A stretch of 64,000 bases of DNA. Origin: the human T2T-CHM13v2.0 reference genome, Homo sapiens. The notes under the pieces are model-generated. The model was not told where the DNA came from, made no database searches, and worked only from the letters and a program-made list of their open reading frames with translations. The stretch is from the NCBI RefSeq assembly GCF_009914755.1, contig NC_060926.1; one strand, written 5' to 3'. Of this stretch, positions 1 to 14,893 are shown in pieces (the first letter of the stretch is position 1; each line of letters opens with the position of its first letter). The position numbers and the translations under genes were made by a program.

Positions 1-391
1 ATTAAATGTATGTAAATGTATATAAACGTCCTAAAGGAAGCACTACATAATAGAAAGAGAAAAAGGAAATCCAAACAATTAAGGGAGAAATACGTTTTTT
101 AAAAATCTACTATAAAAAAGTCAAGAAAGGAAAGAAAAATATCATAGAAAGAGACATACAAAAAGGACAAAAAATATGGTAGAAACGTCTACATATATAA
201 GCAGTTAGCATTAATATAAATATACTGAATGCTCCAAATAAATAAAAATGGTAATGCTGGTTTTTAAAAAGCCACCTATTTACTACCCTAGGGAAGAAGA
301 GCAATTTGAGCCTACAGCAAAGAAAAGGGAATAAATAGTAAAATTTAGAGCAGAAATCAATGAAATTACAAAGACGTAAACAATTAAGAGA
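1..391 (+). mobile_element. Ancient LINE-1 (L1M) fragment, ORF1-end/ORF2 region
   Basis: A-rich sequence with L1 ORF2 motifs such as ttagagcagaaatcaatgaaatt; continues after the Alu at 692. Confidence 0.6.
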
Positions 392-691
392 TTGTTTTGT
401 TTTTGAGACAGGGTCTCACTCTGTCACACAGGCTGTAGTGCAGTGGTGATCATAGCTCACTGCAGCCTCAAACTCTGGTTCAAGTGATCCTCCTGCCTCA
501 GCCTCCCAATAGCTGGCACCACAAGTATGTGCCACCACGCCTGGCTAATTTTTGTATTCTTTGTAGAGATGAGTGTTGTCTCTACAAAGAATGTCACTAT
601 GCTGTCCAGGTTGGTCTCAAACTCCTGGGCTCAATCCCACCACAGCCTCCCAAAGTGCTGGGATTACAGACATGAGCTACTGCACCCAGCC
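392..691 (-). mobile_element. AluJ inserted in L1
   Basis: ttttgagacagggtctcactctgtc...ctcactgcagcctca...gggattacagacatgagc; J-type diagnostics; taagaga on both flanks (TSD-like). Confidence 0.93.
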
Positions 692-2379
692 TAATAAGAG
701 AATATTGACAAACCTCAAACCTCATTCTTTGAAAAGATTCATACATGTATTAGCCTATAACCAAGAAAAAAGAGAGAAGACACAAATTATAAATATCAGA
801 TGAAGGAAGGTCATTATTACTGATCTCATGGATATTAAAAGGATAATAAAATAATACCACAAACAACTCTATGCTTACAAGTTTGATAACTTAGATGAAA
901 TGGACCAATTCCTTGAAAGACACAAAGTACCAAAATTCACAAAGAGAAATAGATAATCTGAATAGGCCTATATCTATTTTTAAAATTATTTCAATAATTC
1001 ATAACCTTCCCCCCAAAAAAGCATCAGGCCCAGATGGTTTTATCGCTAAATTCTACCAAACATTTAAGGATGAAATTACATGAACCAATTTTTTACATTC
1101 TTGTAGAGAAATAGAAGCAGACAGAATATTTCTAAACTTAATATATGAAGCTAGAATTAACCTATACCAAAGTCAGACAAAGACATTACAAGGAAGGATA
1201 ACTAAAGACAGATAGCTTTCATGAACATAGAAAGCTAAAGCAATCTTTTGTTAAAGATTTCATACAAAATCTTTAACAAAATATTCATAAATCTATTTCA
1301 ACAATCTATAAAGAAAATAATATGCTATGATTGAGTGGGATTTATTTCAAGTGTGCAAGACTGGTTCAAAATTCAAAAATCAATCAATGTACTTCACCAA
1401 TTAGGCTAAAGACAAAAAAAATCACATACTCAAATCCACTGATGTGGAAAAAGAATTCAACATAATCCAACACCCATGCATAATAAAATTCCTCAGCAAA
1501 TTAAGAATAGAGGGGAACTTCCCCACTTGATAAAGAAAATCTACAAAAAGATCCACAGCTACATTTTACTTAATGGTGATAAACTAAATATTTTACTCCT
1601 AAGACTGGGTACAAGGCCAGGACATCCTTTCTTTCTAGGTACCCGTTCAATTTTTGTGCTGGCAGACCAAGCCTATTCAATTATATGAGAAAATAAAGTA
1701 AAATATATAAAGATTGAAAAAAGAAATGAAATGTCTTTATTTACAGATGACATGATTGTCTATGTAAAAAATTTGAAAGACTTGACCAAAAAAATACTCA
1801 CTCATGGATCCAATAAGTGAGCATTGCAAGATCACAAGATATAAGGATAACATGCAAAATGAATGTTTTTCTATATACCAGGAATGAACAATTGGAATTT
1901 AAATTTTAAACAACAAAACATTTACAATAGCACAAAAAAGAGAAAGAAATACTTAGTTATAAATCTAACAAAATATGTACAGGATCTATATGTGGAAAGC
2001 TACCCAAGTCTGATGCAAGAAATTAAAGAAGAGGTAAATAAATGAAGAGATAATCCATGTTCATGGAAGGAAGACTCCATATTATTAGTCTAACTTCATC
2101 TATAAGCACACTCCTAATCAAAATCCCAGGAAGCTATTTCACATATAGTAATATACTTATCAAAAATTTATGTAGAAAGGTAAAAGATCTAAGATAGCCA
2201 ACACAAAAAACAAAGAACACCATCTAATTTCAAGACTTACTTTAAAGCTACAGTAATCAAGACAGCATAGTATTGGTGAAATAATAGGTACATAGATCAA
2301 TTGAACAGAATAGAGGGCACAGAAAAATACCTACAAAAATATATAGTCAACTGATTGTTGACAGAGGAGGAAAGGCAAT
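692..2379 (+). mobile_element. L1M ORF2 (RT region) remnant, degenerate
   Basis: ORF fragments resemble L1 ORF2 (REIDNLNRPI, SGPDGFIAKFYQTFKDE, INLTKYVQDLY); many stops and frameshifts. Confidence 0.9.
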
Positions 2380-2933
2380 TGTATTAATTCACTATTGCTA
2401 TTGTAAAAAATTACCGCAAACTTCATGGCTTACATAACACAAATTTATCTTATAGTTCTAGAGTTCAGAGGTCTGACATGGGTCTCACATGGCTAAAATC
2501 AGGTTGTCTGTAGGGGTGTGTTCCTCTCAAAAGATTCTAGGGGACAATACATTTCCCTGTTAGTTTTAGCTTGTTGAGGTGCCACATTTTTTGGCTCATG
2601 GCTCAATTCTATCTTCAAAGTTGGCAATAGCCAGTCATGTCTTTCTCTCTTTGCATCACTGTGACATTGCTTCCATCATCATCTCTCCTTCTTTAATTCT
2701 TTCACCTCCCTCCTCTACTTTTAAGGAGTCTTGTGGTTACTTTGAAGGGCCATGTAGATACTCCAGAATAATCTCACCATCTCGAGATTAAATGATTAGC
2801 AATCTTAATTCTATCTTCAGCTTTGATTCCCCTTTGCCATGTAACCTAAACCTAATTTACTCAGAGGTCTTGGGAATTAGGGTGTAAACATCTTTGAGAG
2901 GGTGTTATTGGGGAGGGGTGGATTTTTTTTTCT

Positions 2934-2964
<31 letters not shown>

Positions 2965-2976
2965 TTGCTTACCACA
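2380..2976 (-). mobile_element. MaLR solo LTR (MLT1D-like) nested in L1
   Basis: TG...CA termini (tgtatt...accaca), perfect 5-bp TSD GCAAT at 2375-2379 and 2977-2981, MLT1 motifs (gattagcaatcttaattc, cctttgccatgtaac). Confidence 0.87.
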
Positions 2977-5065
2977 GCAATTCAGGAGAAAGAATAAACT
3001 TTTCAGAAAATGGTGCATGAACAATTGGATGTCCATGTGTTAAAAAAAAAAAAAAAGGTAAATCTAGCACAGATCTTATACCTTTCACAAAAAGAAATCC
3101 GGATCATGACCTCAAAGTGAACCATAGACCTAAATGTAAAATACAAAACTATAAAACTTCTTGAAGAAAAACATAAGAGAAGATCTAGGTGGCCTTTGGT
3201 TGGTGCTGAGTTTTTGAATACAACACCAACAGTAAGAACCATGAAAAAAAATCTGGTAAATTGTAACTTAATAAAACTTAAAAGACACTGTCAAAAGAAT
3301 AAAAAGATAAGTCACAGTCTTAGACAAAATATCTGCAAAACACATGTCTGATAAAGCACTTGTATCGAAAATACAAAAAGAATTCTTGAAACTCAACAAT
3401 AAGAAAACAAACAATCCAATTTTAAAATAGGCAAGAGTATCTGAGAAGACACTACTTTAAAGAAGACATACAGATAGCAAATAAGCAAATGAAAGATGTT
3501 CAATGTATTCTGTCTTTTTGGAATTACAAATTAAAACTTTAAGGAGAAATTTCTACACACTAGTTACAACAACAAACAAACACACAAACAAAATACTCCT
3601 AAATCTGACCATAGAAATTACTGTCAAGGATAAGCAACAGGAACTCCCATTCTTTAATGATGAAAATTCAAAATGGTATAAACACTTGGAAGAGAGTTTG
3701 GCAGTTTCTTAAAAAGCTAAAAAGTCTTACCGTACAACTTAGAATGCACTTCTGTTTAGTTACCTAACTGATTTGAAAACTTATGCTCCACAAAAACCTG
3801 CCCATGAATTATTATAACAGCTTTATTTGTAATCACCAAAACATTGGAAGCTAGCTAGATGTCCTTCAATAGAAGAAATGGTATGTAAACTGTGATAATC
3901 CATGCTAGGAATTACTATTCCATAATAAAAAATAAATGAGCTGTTAAGCCACAAAAATAGATGGATGAATCATAAATGTGCATTGCTACGCAAGAGAAGC
4001 CAGGTGGAAAAGTGTACATATTCTATGATTTCAATTAGATTTGTCTTAGAAAAGGCAAAACTATAGAGACAGTTAAAGGGTCAGTGGTTACCAAGAGTTT
4101 AGGGGAGAGAGGAGAGTTGAATAGGTGAAGCACAGGGCAGTGATATTTTGGGGTAGTAAAATTATTCTGAATAGTACTGTAAGGGTAAATACATGAAACT
4201 TTGTCAAAACCTATAGAACTTTACAGCACAAAGAGTAAACCTTAATGTATACACATTTTTTAAAAAATCATTCAAGAGGTTGTGGGATCCTGGAATGGAA
4301 TGTGGAATGTGACAAGACAGAATACCTTTGTTGCAACATTTAAAACAACTTCACTGAAGCAGTATGGGAAAAAGTTGCCAAGCTAAGTAACTTTGGAAAT
4401 GAGTAGAGTTTGTTAGACGAAAGGCAAAAGAATCTATATATAAGCACTATACTCTAGTTGATAAAGGCGGTTCCCATGAGGTTATTGGTAAACAACTCTG
4501 ATAGCGCTCTTCATGTACACTGAAACTAAACAATTAAGTAAATGGGTGACCGATGGTAGGAGCCAGGTTTCTTACTGTTGGAGCACGAGATTGCAGATAT
4601 ACCAGGGAAGTAGCCTAGATAGATCCATGTGGTGGTAATGGACCACAGTTGAGGACATCAGTATGAACGCATATTTAGCTTACTATACATATCTATATAG
4701 ATGATTATAACATAAATATTATAGATATGTATGTACATATACCTGGATTAGTATACACATATATTTTCTTGCTGTATCAGCTGAGAAAATCTAGAAGCAA
4801 TGATAATCCAGGAGTAATAAACACACCTAACACCTAGATCTTGGTTTCTCATGCCACTCTCCAGTAAAAAGAAGCAAGTCTTCCTGGTAAAATGGTTGGT
4901 TCTAGGATGGGATGGGAAATGTACAAGAGGATCCTGGAGCATCTAATGTTAGATGCTAATAATAGGGGAAACTGGGTGAGAGGTATATGTGAACTTTCTG
5001 AACTATCGTCACAATTTTTTTCTAAACCTACAACTGTTCTAAAATAAAATGTGCATTTTAAAAGA
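2977..5065 (+). mobile_element. L1MC/L1MD-class ORF2 end and long 3' UTR
   Basis: L1 3' motifs (tagacctaaatgtaaaa, aaactcaacaataagaaaacaaacaatccaat, aggcaaaactatagagaca); ends ctaaaataaaa plus A-rich tail. Confidence 0.85.
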
Positions 5066-5119
5066 AATCTTGTATTAAACCAAAAGAAGGTGACAGGAAG
5101 AGCAGAAAGCTTGAAGACG

Positions 5120-5420
5120 CAAGATGGACAAATAGACAAGAATGACAAAAACTAAATAATTACATAAAGTTTATGTAAATTAACACGATTAATTACAAGG
5201 CAGAGATTATCAGACTGAATTAAAAAGCAGAACTCATCTATAAGTTCTCTAAAATTGGTGCATTTAAAATATAAAGGTACATAGAGATTAAAATGAAAAA
5301 GATGGAAAAAGATATATCATGAAACCTGTAACCATAAGAAAGCTAGAGTGTTTATGTTAATATCAAATAAAACAGGCATCAACACAAGGGGTATAACCAA
5401 AGGTAAAGGACATTTTAAAT
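5120..5420 (+). mobile_element. Separate old L1 fragment, start of ORF2 endonuclease domain
   Basis: aaggcagagattatcagactg...gatggaaaaagatatatcatg...aagaaagctagagtg matches L1M ORF2 5' region. Confidence 0.6.
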
Positions 5421-7326
5421 GTGTGCTGAATTCTACAATTTTTTAAGTGGGAGAGTTATGCTACATGATCTCTAAAGTCCTTCCTGCACTTAGGTCTATG
5501 ATTTCAGAGCTGGGCAGTAGCAAGTCTGATTTCTAAAAGTGAGCACATTTTGCTATGCCTTTACAAGTCCATAAAGAGCTGTTGGATTCACATGGATAAA
5601 TTCTGATGGGCTCTTTCTGAACAGATTTGTCTATGCAGAATATTTTGCTTGAATTCAAATGAAATTTGTATTAACCTTTGTAAGTGGGAAAGCATAAAGA
5701 AATAGCACAAGAGGTTTATAGATATACCAGACCATAAGATTGTTTGCTTATGAAAGCTGTTGAACTATTTATTTGATCCACACCACACACATTTTGGAGG
5801 CATTGAACTGAAAGCATAATAAACCCTAGGGTGTGTATGTATTCTAGAGAAAGAGAAAGACTTGCATTCAAATGAATTCATTTTGTTTAATGTGTGTTTT
5901 AGAACCATACTTGAAAAGTACTCTATGAAATTTCAATTTGATTTTGCTGGGTCACTTTCATTTAGAACTTAGTAAAATCTAAACTGCCTAATGAATATTT
6001 AGTATACCTTAGACAGTTCAGCATTTTCAAACCTGCCTTGAATTGAAACATCAAAACAAAAATATATTATTTTTCAAATTCTTCTTGGTCTTTTCCTTTT
6101 GTGCCTCCTAAATAAAGATAGTCTAATAGCTGGAAATACTAGTATAAAATGAAGAGGGTAATGAGTAGGAAAAGAAAGGTTAGGAAGTTATAATCAATTG
6201 TGAGCTTCAATACAATCATAAACCATGAGAGCTAAATAAGTCCTATCTCTGCCTTTGCCCTTTCCTTGTAATAATGCACACAGTGATTTTTAAGTAATAT
6301 AAGCCTGAGATAAAAACTGCAAAGTTCAATTATCGTAGCAATGAAACATTAGGAAGGAAAAGTGGATATGTTTGAATAAGTGATAAGAGTGGAAATATGA
6401 CAACATAATGACATTTCAGTAACAAAATTAATTTACCTCAGATATAAGAGGGTACATTTTCCCATACTGATTGCTACTGATTTTTTGGTTTAGTTTAGTG
6501 AATTGTAAATCTCCCTGCTGCTGTTCTAGTAATTATATATTCACTTGAATTATGAAAATGATTACCATAATATTTCAGCCTCTAGGGAGCTATAGACGTT
6601 TTCCATCACTTGAACCATTTTCTCCATTTTTTAAAACTCAGAATGATTTATATTCATTTTTTAAATTGTATAGAAATATTTGTAAGTTTAAATGTGATGT
6701 GATTCTAACTTGCATTGTTGAAAAAACTAATTTCCAATGGTTTTGTGTGTGTTTGTGTGTGCATGAAATAACCAAGTTATTTCATTGGAATGCACAGAAA
6801 CGGAAGAACTAATGAGTTACTAAGTTGAGAAAGAACAGAAACGGAGCAATGAAAGACTGAAACATGAGGGCATTTCCCCATAGGACCATTTTAAATTTAA
6901 ACCTAATAAAGATGTATCAGGGAAGGGGCAGCAAAAATGGGGAAAGACAGCATATAGTCTCACTTTGTGTATGTATAATAGAAAAGGTAATGGCAAATTG
7001 TGGAGAACAAAAATGTTTAGAGATTCTTTTGCAGTGGAAATCTTAGAATTGAGAGAGAAAACCAACTTGAAAACAAATAGCATATTACCATTTTCTCTTT
7101 CTTTTTCTTTGGCTCCATAAATAGGTACTAAGTCTCTGCCAAATGCAAGGACACTTAGCTAACTGTGAGGATGGCAGGATATACAGCACTGGTCCTCAAG
7201 GAGCTTTCATTCCCTTAATCGGAAGGCAGTGAGGGAGCTTGCCCATTGCGTTGTGTGGCAGTTAGGAAAGAATGTTTAGATAAAAATTCAGAGAGTGAAT
7301 ACTCTTAGGATGTCCCAAGGCCAGTA

Positions 7327-7499
7327 TTTTTTTTTTCTGTTTTTCTTTTTGAACCAGGGTTTTTCTGTCACCCAGGCTGGAGTGCAGTGGCATGATCATG
7401 GATTCACTGCAGCCTCGATCTCCCAGGCTTGGGCACAAGCAATCCTCCCACTTCATCCTCCCAAGTAGCTGGGACTATAAGCATATATCACCTCACAAT
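7327..7499 (-). mobile_element. 5'-truncated Alu (right monomer only, AluJ/FRAM-like)
   Basis: T-tail then ctgtcacccaggctggagtgcagtgg; 10-bp TSD GCCAGTATTT at 7320-7329 and 7500-7509. Confidence 0.9.
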
Positions 7500-8007
7500 G
7501 CCAGTATTTCTGTGAGCCTCAGTTCCACTTCCCTCAGCACCATCTTACTGATGGAGTCAGTAACTGATGGGTTAATTCCATGTATATAAACTTAAGATCA
7601 TTTCCAGTCATGAGCTGTTCAAGCCCCATCCTTCTTCCTACCTGCTTTCCTCCTTGTGTCCAGCATTAGTATGAGGTCATGTTTCTAAATACACATTTTA
7701 AAGACCCCACAGTTCTGAATGAAGCAAAATCATTCGCAGTTCCAAAATGTGTAAAGAATGTGGGCTTGGGGTTTGGGCAGTTCAGATGCCGTCTACTCTT
7801 CTCATGTGCATATAATTTCTTCCTGGATAAAGTGTGCATTCACATGAATTTCTCTTCAGTTCTGACTTTCCATCTTGAAGTGATCCTCTCTGCAGATTGG
7901 AGTCCTTCAGCCCTGGGAAGACACTATAAGCTTCGTTAGTGTTATTCTGCTGTCCCAGAGCTCAGCAGCCTATGGAAATAAATTTGGCTGTATTAGAATG
8001 TACTCTT

Positions 8008-8389
<382 letters not shown>

Positions 8390-8874
8390 TTACGCAGAAC
8401 CCGGCACATGACAAGCTTTCTCTGTGAAGTGTTTCTGGAAGACCTCAGAGGGTGTCTCATGGGTGCCAAACACGTCTGTGCTGCTGGCTGCTGTATGCCC
8501 CCCATCCCATCTCCATTGCCACTGGCTGGCTGCCAGCAGTGACGCAGGTGCTCTGCCACTGCATTTTCAGGAGCTCCCCTTGGTGCTTGTTGTAGAAACT
8601 CAGGTTTGCAAGATGTTATTATTTTGGTTGCAGTTGTTTAATTTACATCAGCAGACAATTTTTTTCCAAAGCACTAAGTTAGTTCTGTCTATCCTGAATT
8701 TGCACTTCCAAATTTGGGGAAATTTTAGGCTATGTTATTGGAAGACATAATTATTTGTATATAAAATCTTTAAATTCAGCATTACCAAGTAATTTTTAAT
8801 AACGCAGATACAAAAAGAACAAAACTAGAATGACCCGAAGTATGTCATTATAACTCATGGAAAAAAATCGTAAT

Positions 8875-9490
8875 CGACAAAACTTGAAAGCAAGCAGTAT
8901 GTCCTTCAGCAGGTAGGTGAATGGATGAATGAACTGCAGCACATCCAGACAATGGAATATTATTCATGCCTAAAAAGAAATGAGCTATCAAGCCATGAAA
9001 AGATACAGAGGAAAATGAAATGCATGTTACTAAGTGAAAGAAGTCAATCTGAAAAGGCTACATACTTTACAATTTCAACTATATGACATTCTGGAAAAGA
9101 CAAAACTATGGAGACAGTAAAATGATCAGTGGTTGCCAGGAGCTGTGGGGAGGGAGAGATGACCAGGCCAAGCACAGACGATGTTTAGGGCAATTGCTAT
9201 CCTGTTTGATGCTGTAATGATAGATATATGTCATTTTAAATTTGTCCAAATGGCACAGAATGCACAGCACCAAGAGTGAACTCTAATGCAAACTATGGAC
9301 TTTGGATGATAATGATGTGTCAATGTAGGTTTATCAATTGTAACAAATGTACCACTCTGATGGGTGATATTGATAATGGGGGAGGCTCTGCATGTGTCAG
9401 GATACAGGATATATGGGAAATCTGTTATCTTCCTCTTAGTTTTGCTGTGAACAAAAACCTGCTCTAAAAAAGTAAAATGTTTAAAAAACA
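8875..9490 (+). mobile_element. L1MC-type 3' end
   Basis: catccagacaatggaatattattca, gaaagaagtcaatctgaaaaggcta, aactatggactttggatgataatgatgtgtcaatgtagg; A-rich end. Confidence 0.88.
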
Positions 9491-9669
9491 TAAAAGTTAT
9501 GGTATTTATTTATATTTTACTCCCTAGTCTATATAAATAGCTTTGAACATCATTACTTTTATCTAAACTATCAATTTTTTTTAATAAAATGCAATCTGTT
9601 TTACATTGTCTTTTCTGAGGATGTAACACTGAGCTTAGTTTCTCTTGAGAAAAAAAACCAAAGTCCCTT

Positions 9670-10505
9670 TCTTTTTTTGTTTCATTTTTATAGATTTAGG
9701 GGGTACAACCTACACTGATATATTGTGTAGTTGTGAAATCTGGGTGTTTAGTGTAACCGTCACCCAAATAATTTACTAGTTAGGTAATTTCTCAACCCTG
9801 ACCCTGCCCCCACCCTCCCACCTTTCCAAGTGTCCAACGTCTACTATTTCCACTTTCTATGCACACATTATTTAGCCCCTACTTATAAGTGGGAACATGT
9901 GGTATTTAATTTTCTGTTTTTGAGTTGTTTCACTGAAGATAGTGACCTCCAGTTCCATCCAGGTTGCTGCAAAAGACATGACAATTTCATTATTTTTATG
10001 GCTAAGTAGTATTCCATGGTGTGTGTACGTAAATATACAAAGAAAGATGTGATATATAGAAAGATATAGAAAATAAAGAAAATGTGATACGTCCAATCAT
10101 CTGTAGATGGACACTTAGGTTGATTCCATATCTTTGCTATTGTGAATAGTGCAGCAATAGACATATGAGTACAGGTATCTTTTTGATATAATGATTTCTT
10201 CTCTTTAAGTAGATACCCAGTATCTAGTAGTAATCCCAGTAGGACTGTTGGATCATATAATAGTTCTATTTTTATTTCTTTGATAAATCTCCATACTGTG
10301 TTTCATAGAGGTTGTACCAATTTACATTCCCACCAACACTGTGTAAGCATTCCACTTTCTCCACATCCTCACCAACATAAGCTGATTTTGACTTCTTATT
10401 AATAGTCATTTTGACTGGTATAATATCTCAATGTAATTTTAATTTGCATTGCTCTGATGATTAGTGATGTTGAACATTTGTTTATGCTTCTTGGCCATTT
10501 GTACA
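9670..10505 (-). mobile_element. L1MA/L1PB-type 3' end
   Basis: Minus-strand ORF MSIAALFTIAKIWNQPKCPSTDDW is the L1 ORF2 C-terminus; T-rich tail at left. Confidence 0.92.
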
Positions 10506-11489
10506 AAGTCACTTTTTTATTTACTATTGAAGATAAATTGTAACTGCCAATGGCCATAGATACGTGGGCCTCATGTTGTTTTCAAACAGAACAATGCAGA
10601 ATTATTCTAAAGCAGCTTTTATTTGCCAAAAATAAAACGAGTTGTGTATTATAAATAACAATTGAACACAAATTGTTTGGTTGTGTCCCTTTTTAACCCG
10701 GTATACAATTGTTTGTAAAAGCAAAACATCTGGTTCTAATTTTATGGGTATCAAAGCTACCAGAAGAGGCAACATGCAAACAATGAGCAGATTTGTCACT
10801 TTTGTAAGAGGGTCAAAAATCTTCTACTGCTTACACCCTAATGTGAGCAAAATGCTGGTCTTTCTCTTCACTTAGAGCAGAATTTTTGATCCCTCCCCAG
10901 ATGTTCTCAAGGCCAAAGCCAGAAGTAAGGTCCCACTTCCTGATTTTCCAAATGTGGTTACAGATTTGGTTATCTTATTTTCTGTAAAGATCACAGGAAA
11001 ATGGGTATCATTCATTCCAGGAACCTGTAGAATTAGAAAACAATAATTTAGGACTGCAATATGAGCCCCTTGCAGCTCTTTTCTAGGGGAGTGATTGAGT
11101 GATATGCTCCCATCTGATTGTGGAAATCCAGTGCCATAGAGTCCTACAGAAGCCCCAGTCATTTTTCCATGCTGACTACTCTGCTCAGATCATCTTTTTA
11201 ACAGCTTTAAAAATACTATATATTTATTTGGAAGAGTAAACAAGCATTCTATTATTGTAGTGCTAATATTCTTCTATTTTCTCATTGAGTTAAATTAGAT
11301 GCTGATTTTGTGAAGAACAGAGTCATTTTTATCACTGATTACACAGCACAAATCTCTGATATATGCAGGCTTCCTTCCTGATATAAGCATCCTCACTCAT
11401 TCATTCATGTCCACTTCAGCATTGGCTTTAACATCCAAATTCTGGGTTCCATGCAGATCTTGTGTTCTCTGAGAAGCCTGTCTTATACA

Positions 11490-11660
11490 CAGTCATGGAA
11501 CAACAGAACTGGGAGATCACTCTAGCTCACATTACAGATGAGGACACTGAAACAGAAAGCTATTAAGCAATTTGCCTGAGATCATCCACCTGGTTAGCAT
11601 AAACGTTCAGACTGAGCTGGGGTCTCATACGGCTCAGGCTACACTGGCTTTGCCATTTCC
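11490..11660 (-). mobile_element. MIR fragment
   Basis: acagatgaggacactgaaacag...aagcaatttgcctgagatca (reverse complement of MIR core). Confidence 0.65.
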
Positions 11661-12236
11661 TGGATTCTTACAGTCTACTACATTATTTCACACTTAATTA
11701 TGTATTGCCTGGCCATACTCCCTAAGTAATTCTTGTGTCTGGACCTTGCCTTACAGGCATATCTTGTTTTATTTTGCTTTGCTTTATTGTCCTTTTAATG
11801 CAAGTTTTACAAATTGAAAGTTTGTATTAAACCTGTGTTAAGCAAGTCTATTGGTGCCATGTTTTCAACAACATGTGCTCACTTCATCTCTCTGTCATGT
11901 TTTGATAATTCTTGCAATATATAAAATTATTTTTATATCTGTTACGGTGATATGGGATCAGTTATCTTTGGTGTTCCTATTGTAATTGTTTTGGGGTGTC
12001 ATGAATCACACCCATATTAGACAGTGAACTTAATATATAAATATTGCGTGTGTTCTGACTGCTGCAGTGGCAGGCCAATTGCAGCCTCTCTCTTTCCTCA
12101 GGCCTCCATGTTCTTTGAGACATTACAATATTAAAAGTAGGCCAATTAATGACCCTACAATGGCCTCTAATTTTTCAAAGGAGAGAAAGAGTTGTACCTC
12201 TGACTTAAAATCAAAAGTTAAAAATGATTAAGATTA

Positions 12237-12734
<498 letters not shown>

Positions 12735-14173
12735 TCAGTGGTCTAGATAGAAGACCAAATCAGACACAACATCACCTCAAGCCAAAGCCAAATCCACAGC
12801 AAGGCCCTAACTTTCTTCAATTCTATAAAGGCTGACAAAGGTGAGGAAGCTGCAGAAGAAAAGTCTGAAGCTAGCAGAGGTTGGTTCATGAGGTTTAGGA
12901 AAGAAGTTTCTCTATCATAGAAGTACAAGGTGAAGTAGTAAGTGCTGATGAAGAAGCTGCAGCAAGTTATCCAGAATATCTAGCTAAGATCATTGATGAA
13001 GACGGCTACGCCAAATAACAGTTTTCCATATAGACAGAACAGCATTTTATTGGAAGAAGATGACATTAAGGGTTTTCATAGCTAGAGAGGAAAAGTCAAG
13101 GCCTGGCTTCAAAGCTTCAAAGGACAGGCTGGCTGTCTTGTTAGGGGCTAAGGCAGCTAGTGACTTTAACTTTAAGCCAATACTCATTTACCATTCCGAA
13201 AGCCCTAGGACCCTTAACAATTAAGCTAAATCTATTCTGCCTGTGCCCTATAAATGGAAAAAGAAAGCCTGGATAACAGCATATCTATTTACAGCATGGT
13301 TTACTAAATATTTGAAGTCCGTTGTTAAACCCTACTGCTCAGAAGAAAAAAAAAGTTTCTTTCAAAATATTACTGCTTATTGACAATGCATCTGGTCACC
13401 CAAGAGCTTTGATGGAGATGTACAAGGAGGTTAATGGTGTTTTCACACCAGCTGACACAACACACATTGTGAAGCCTGTGGACCAAGAGTATTTTTGACT
13501 TTCAAGTGTTATTATTTAAGTAATATGTTTTGGAAGGCTATAGTGCCATAGATAGTAATTCCTTTGATATACCTGGGGAAAGAAAATTGAAAACCATCTG
13601 AAAAGAATTTACCATTCTAGATGTCATTAAGAACATTCATGATTCAAGGAAGGAGGTCAAAATATCAATGTTAACTGGAGCTTGGAAGAAGTTGATTTCA
13701 ACCCTCATGGATGACTTGGAGGAGTTGAAGACTTCAGCTAAGGAAGTAACTGCAAATGTGGTAGAAATGGCAAGAGAACTAGAATGAGAAGTGGAGCCTG
13801 AAGATGTGACTGAATTACTGCAATCTAGTAGTAGACGGGAAGTCACTTCATATGGATAGGCAAAGAAGGTGGTATATTGAGATGGAATCTACTCCTGGTG
13901 AAGATGCTGTGAACATTTTTGAAATGACAACACAGGATTTAGAATATTACATCAACTTATCTGATAAAAAAATAGCAGGAAGGTATAACAGGATTGACTC
14001 CAATTTTGAAAGAAGTTCTACTGGAGGTAAAACACTATCAAGCAGCATCACATGCTACAGAGAAATTTTTTGTGAAAGGAAGAGTCAATAGATGTGGCAA
14101 ACTTTATTTTGTCTTATTTTAAGAAATTGCCATAGGCACCCCAATCTTCAGCAACCACCACCCTGATCAGTCA

Positions 14174-14491
<318 letters not shown>

Positions 14492-14535
14492 TTAATTAAA
14501 ATATATGCATTGTTTCCTTAGACATAATGACATAA

Positions 14536-14893
<358 letters not shown>

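Noticed and set aside
895-2045. L1 ORF2-like ORFs
   Set aside because: Short fragments of a heavily decayed L1; no intact reverse transcriptase
13637-14091. ORFs inside Tigger1 as a possible domesticated transposase
   Set aside because: The transposase frame is broken by stops, frameshifts and an Alu insertion
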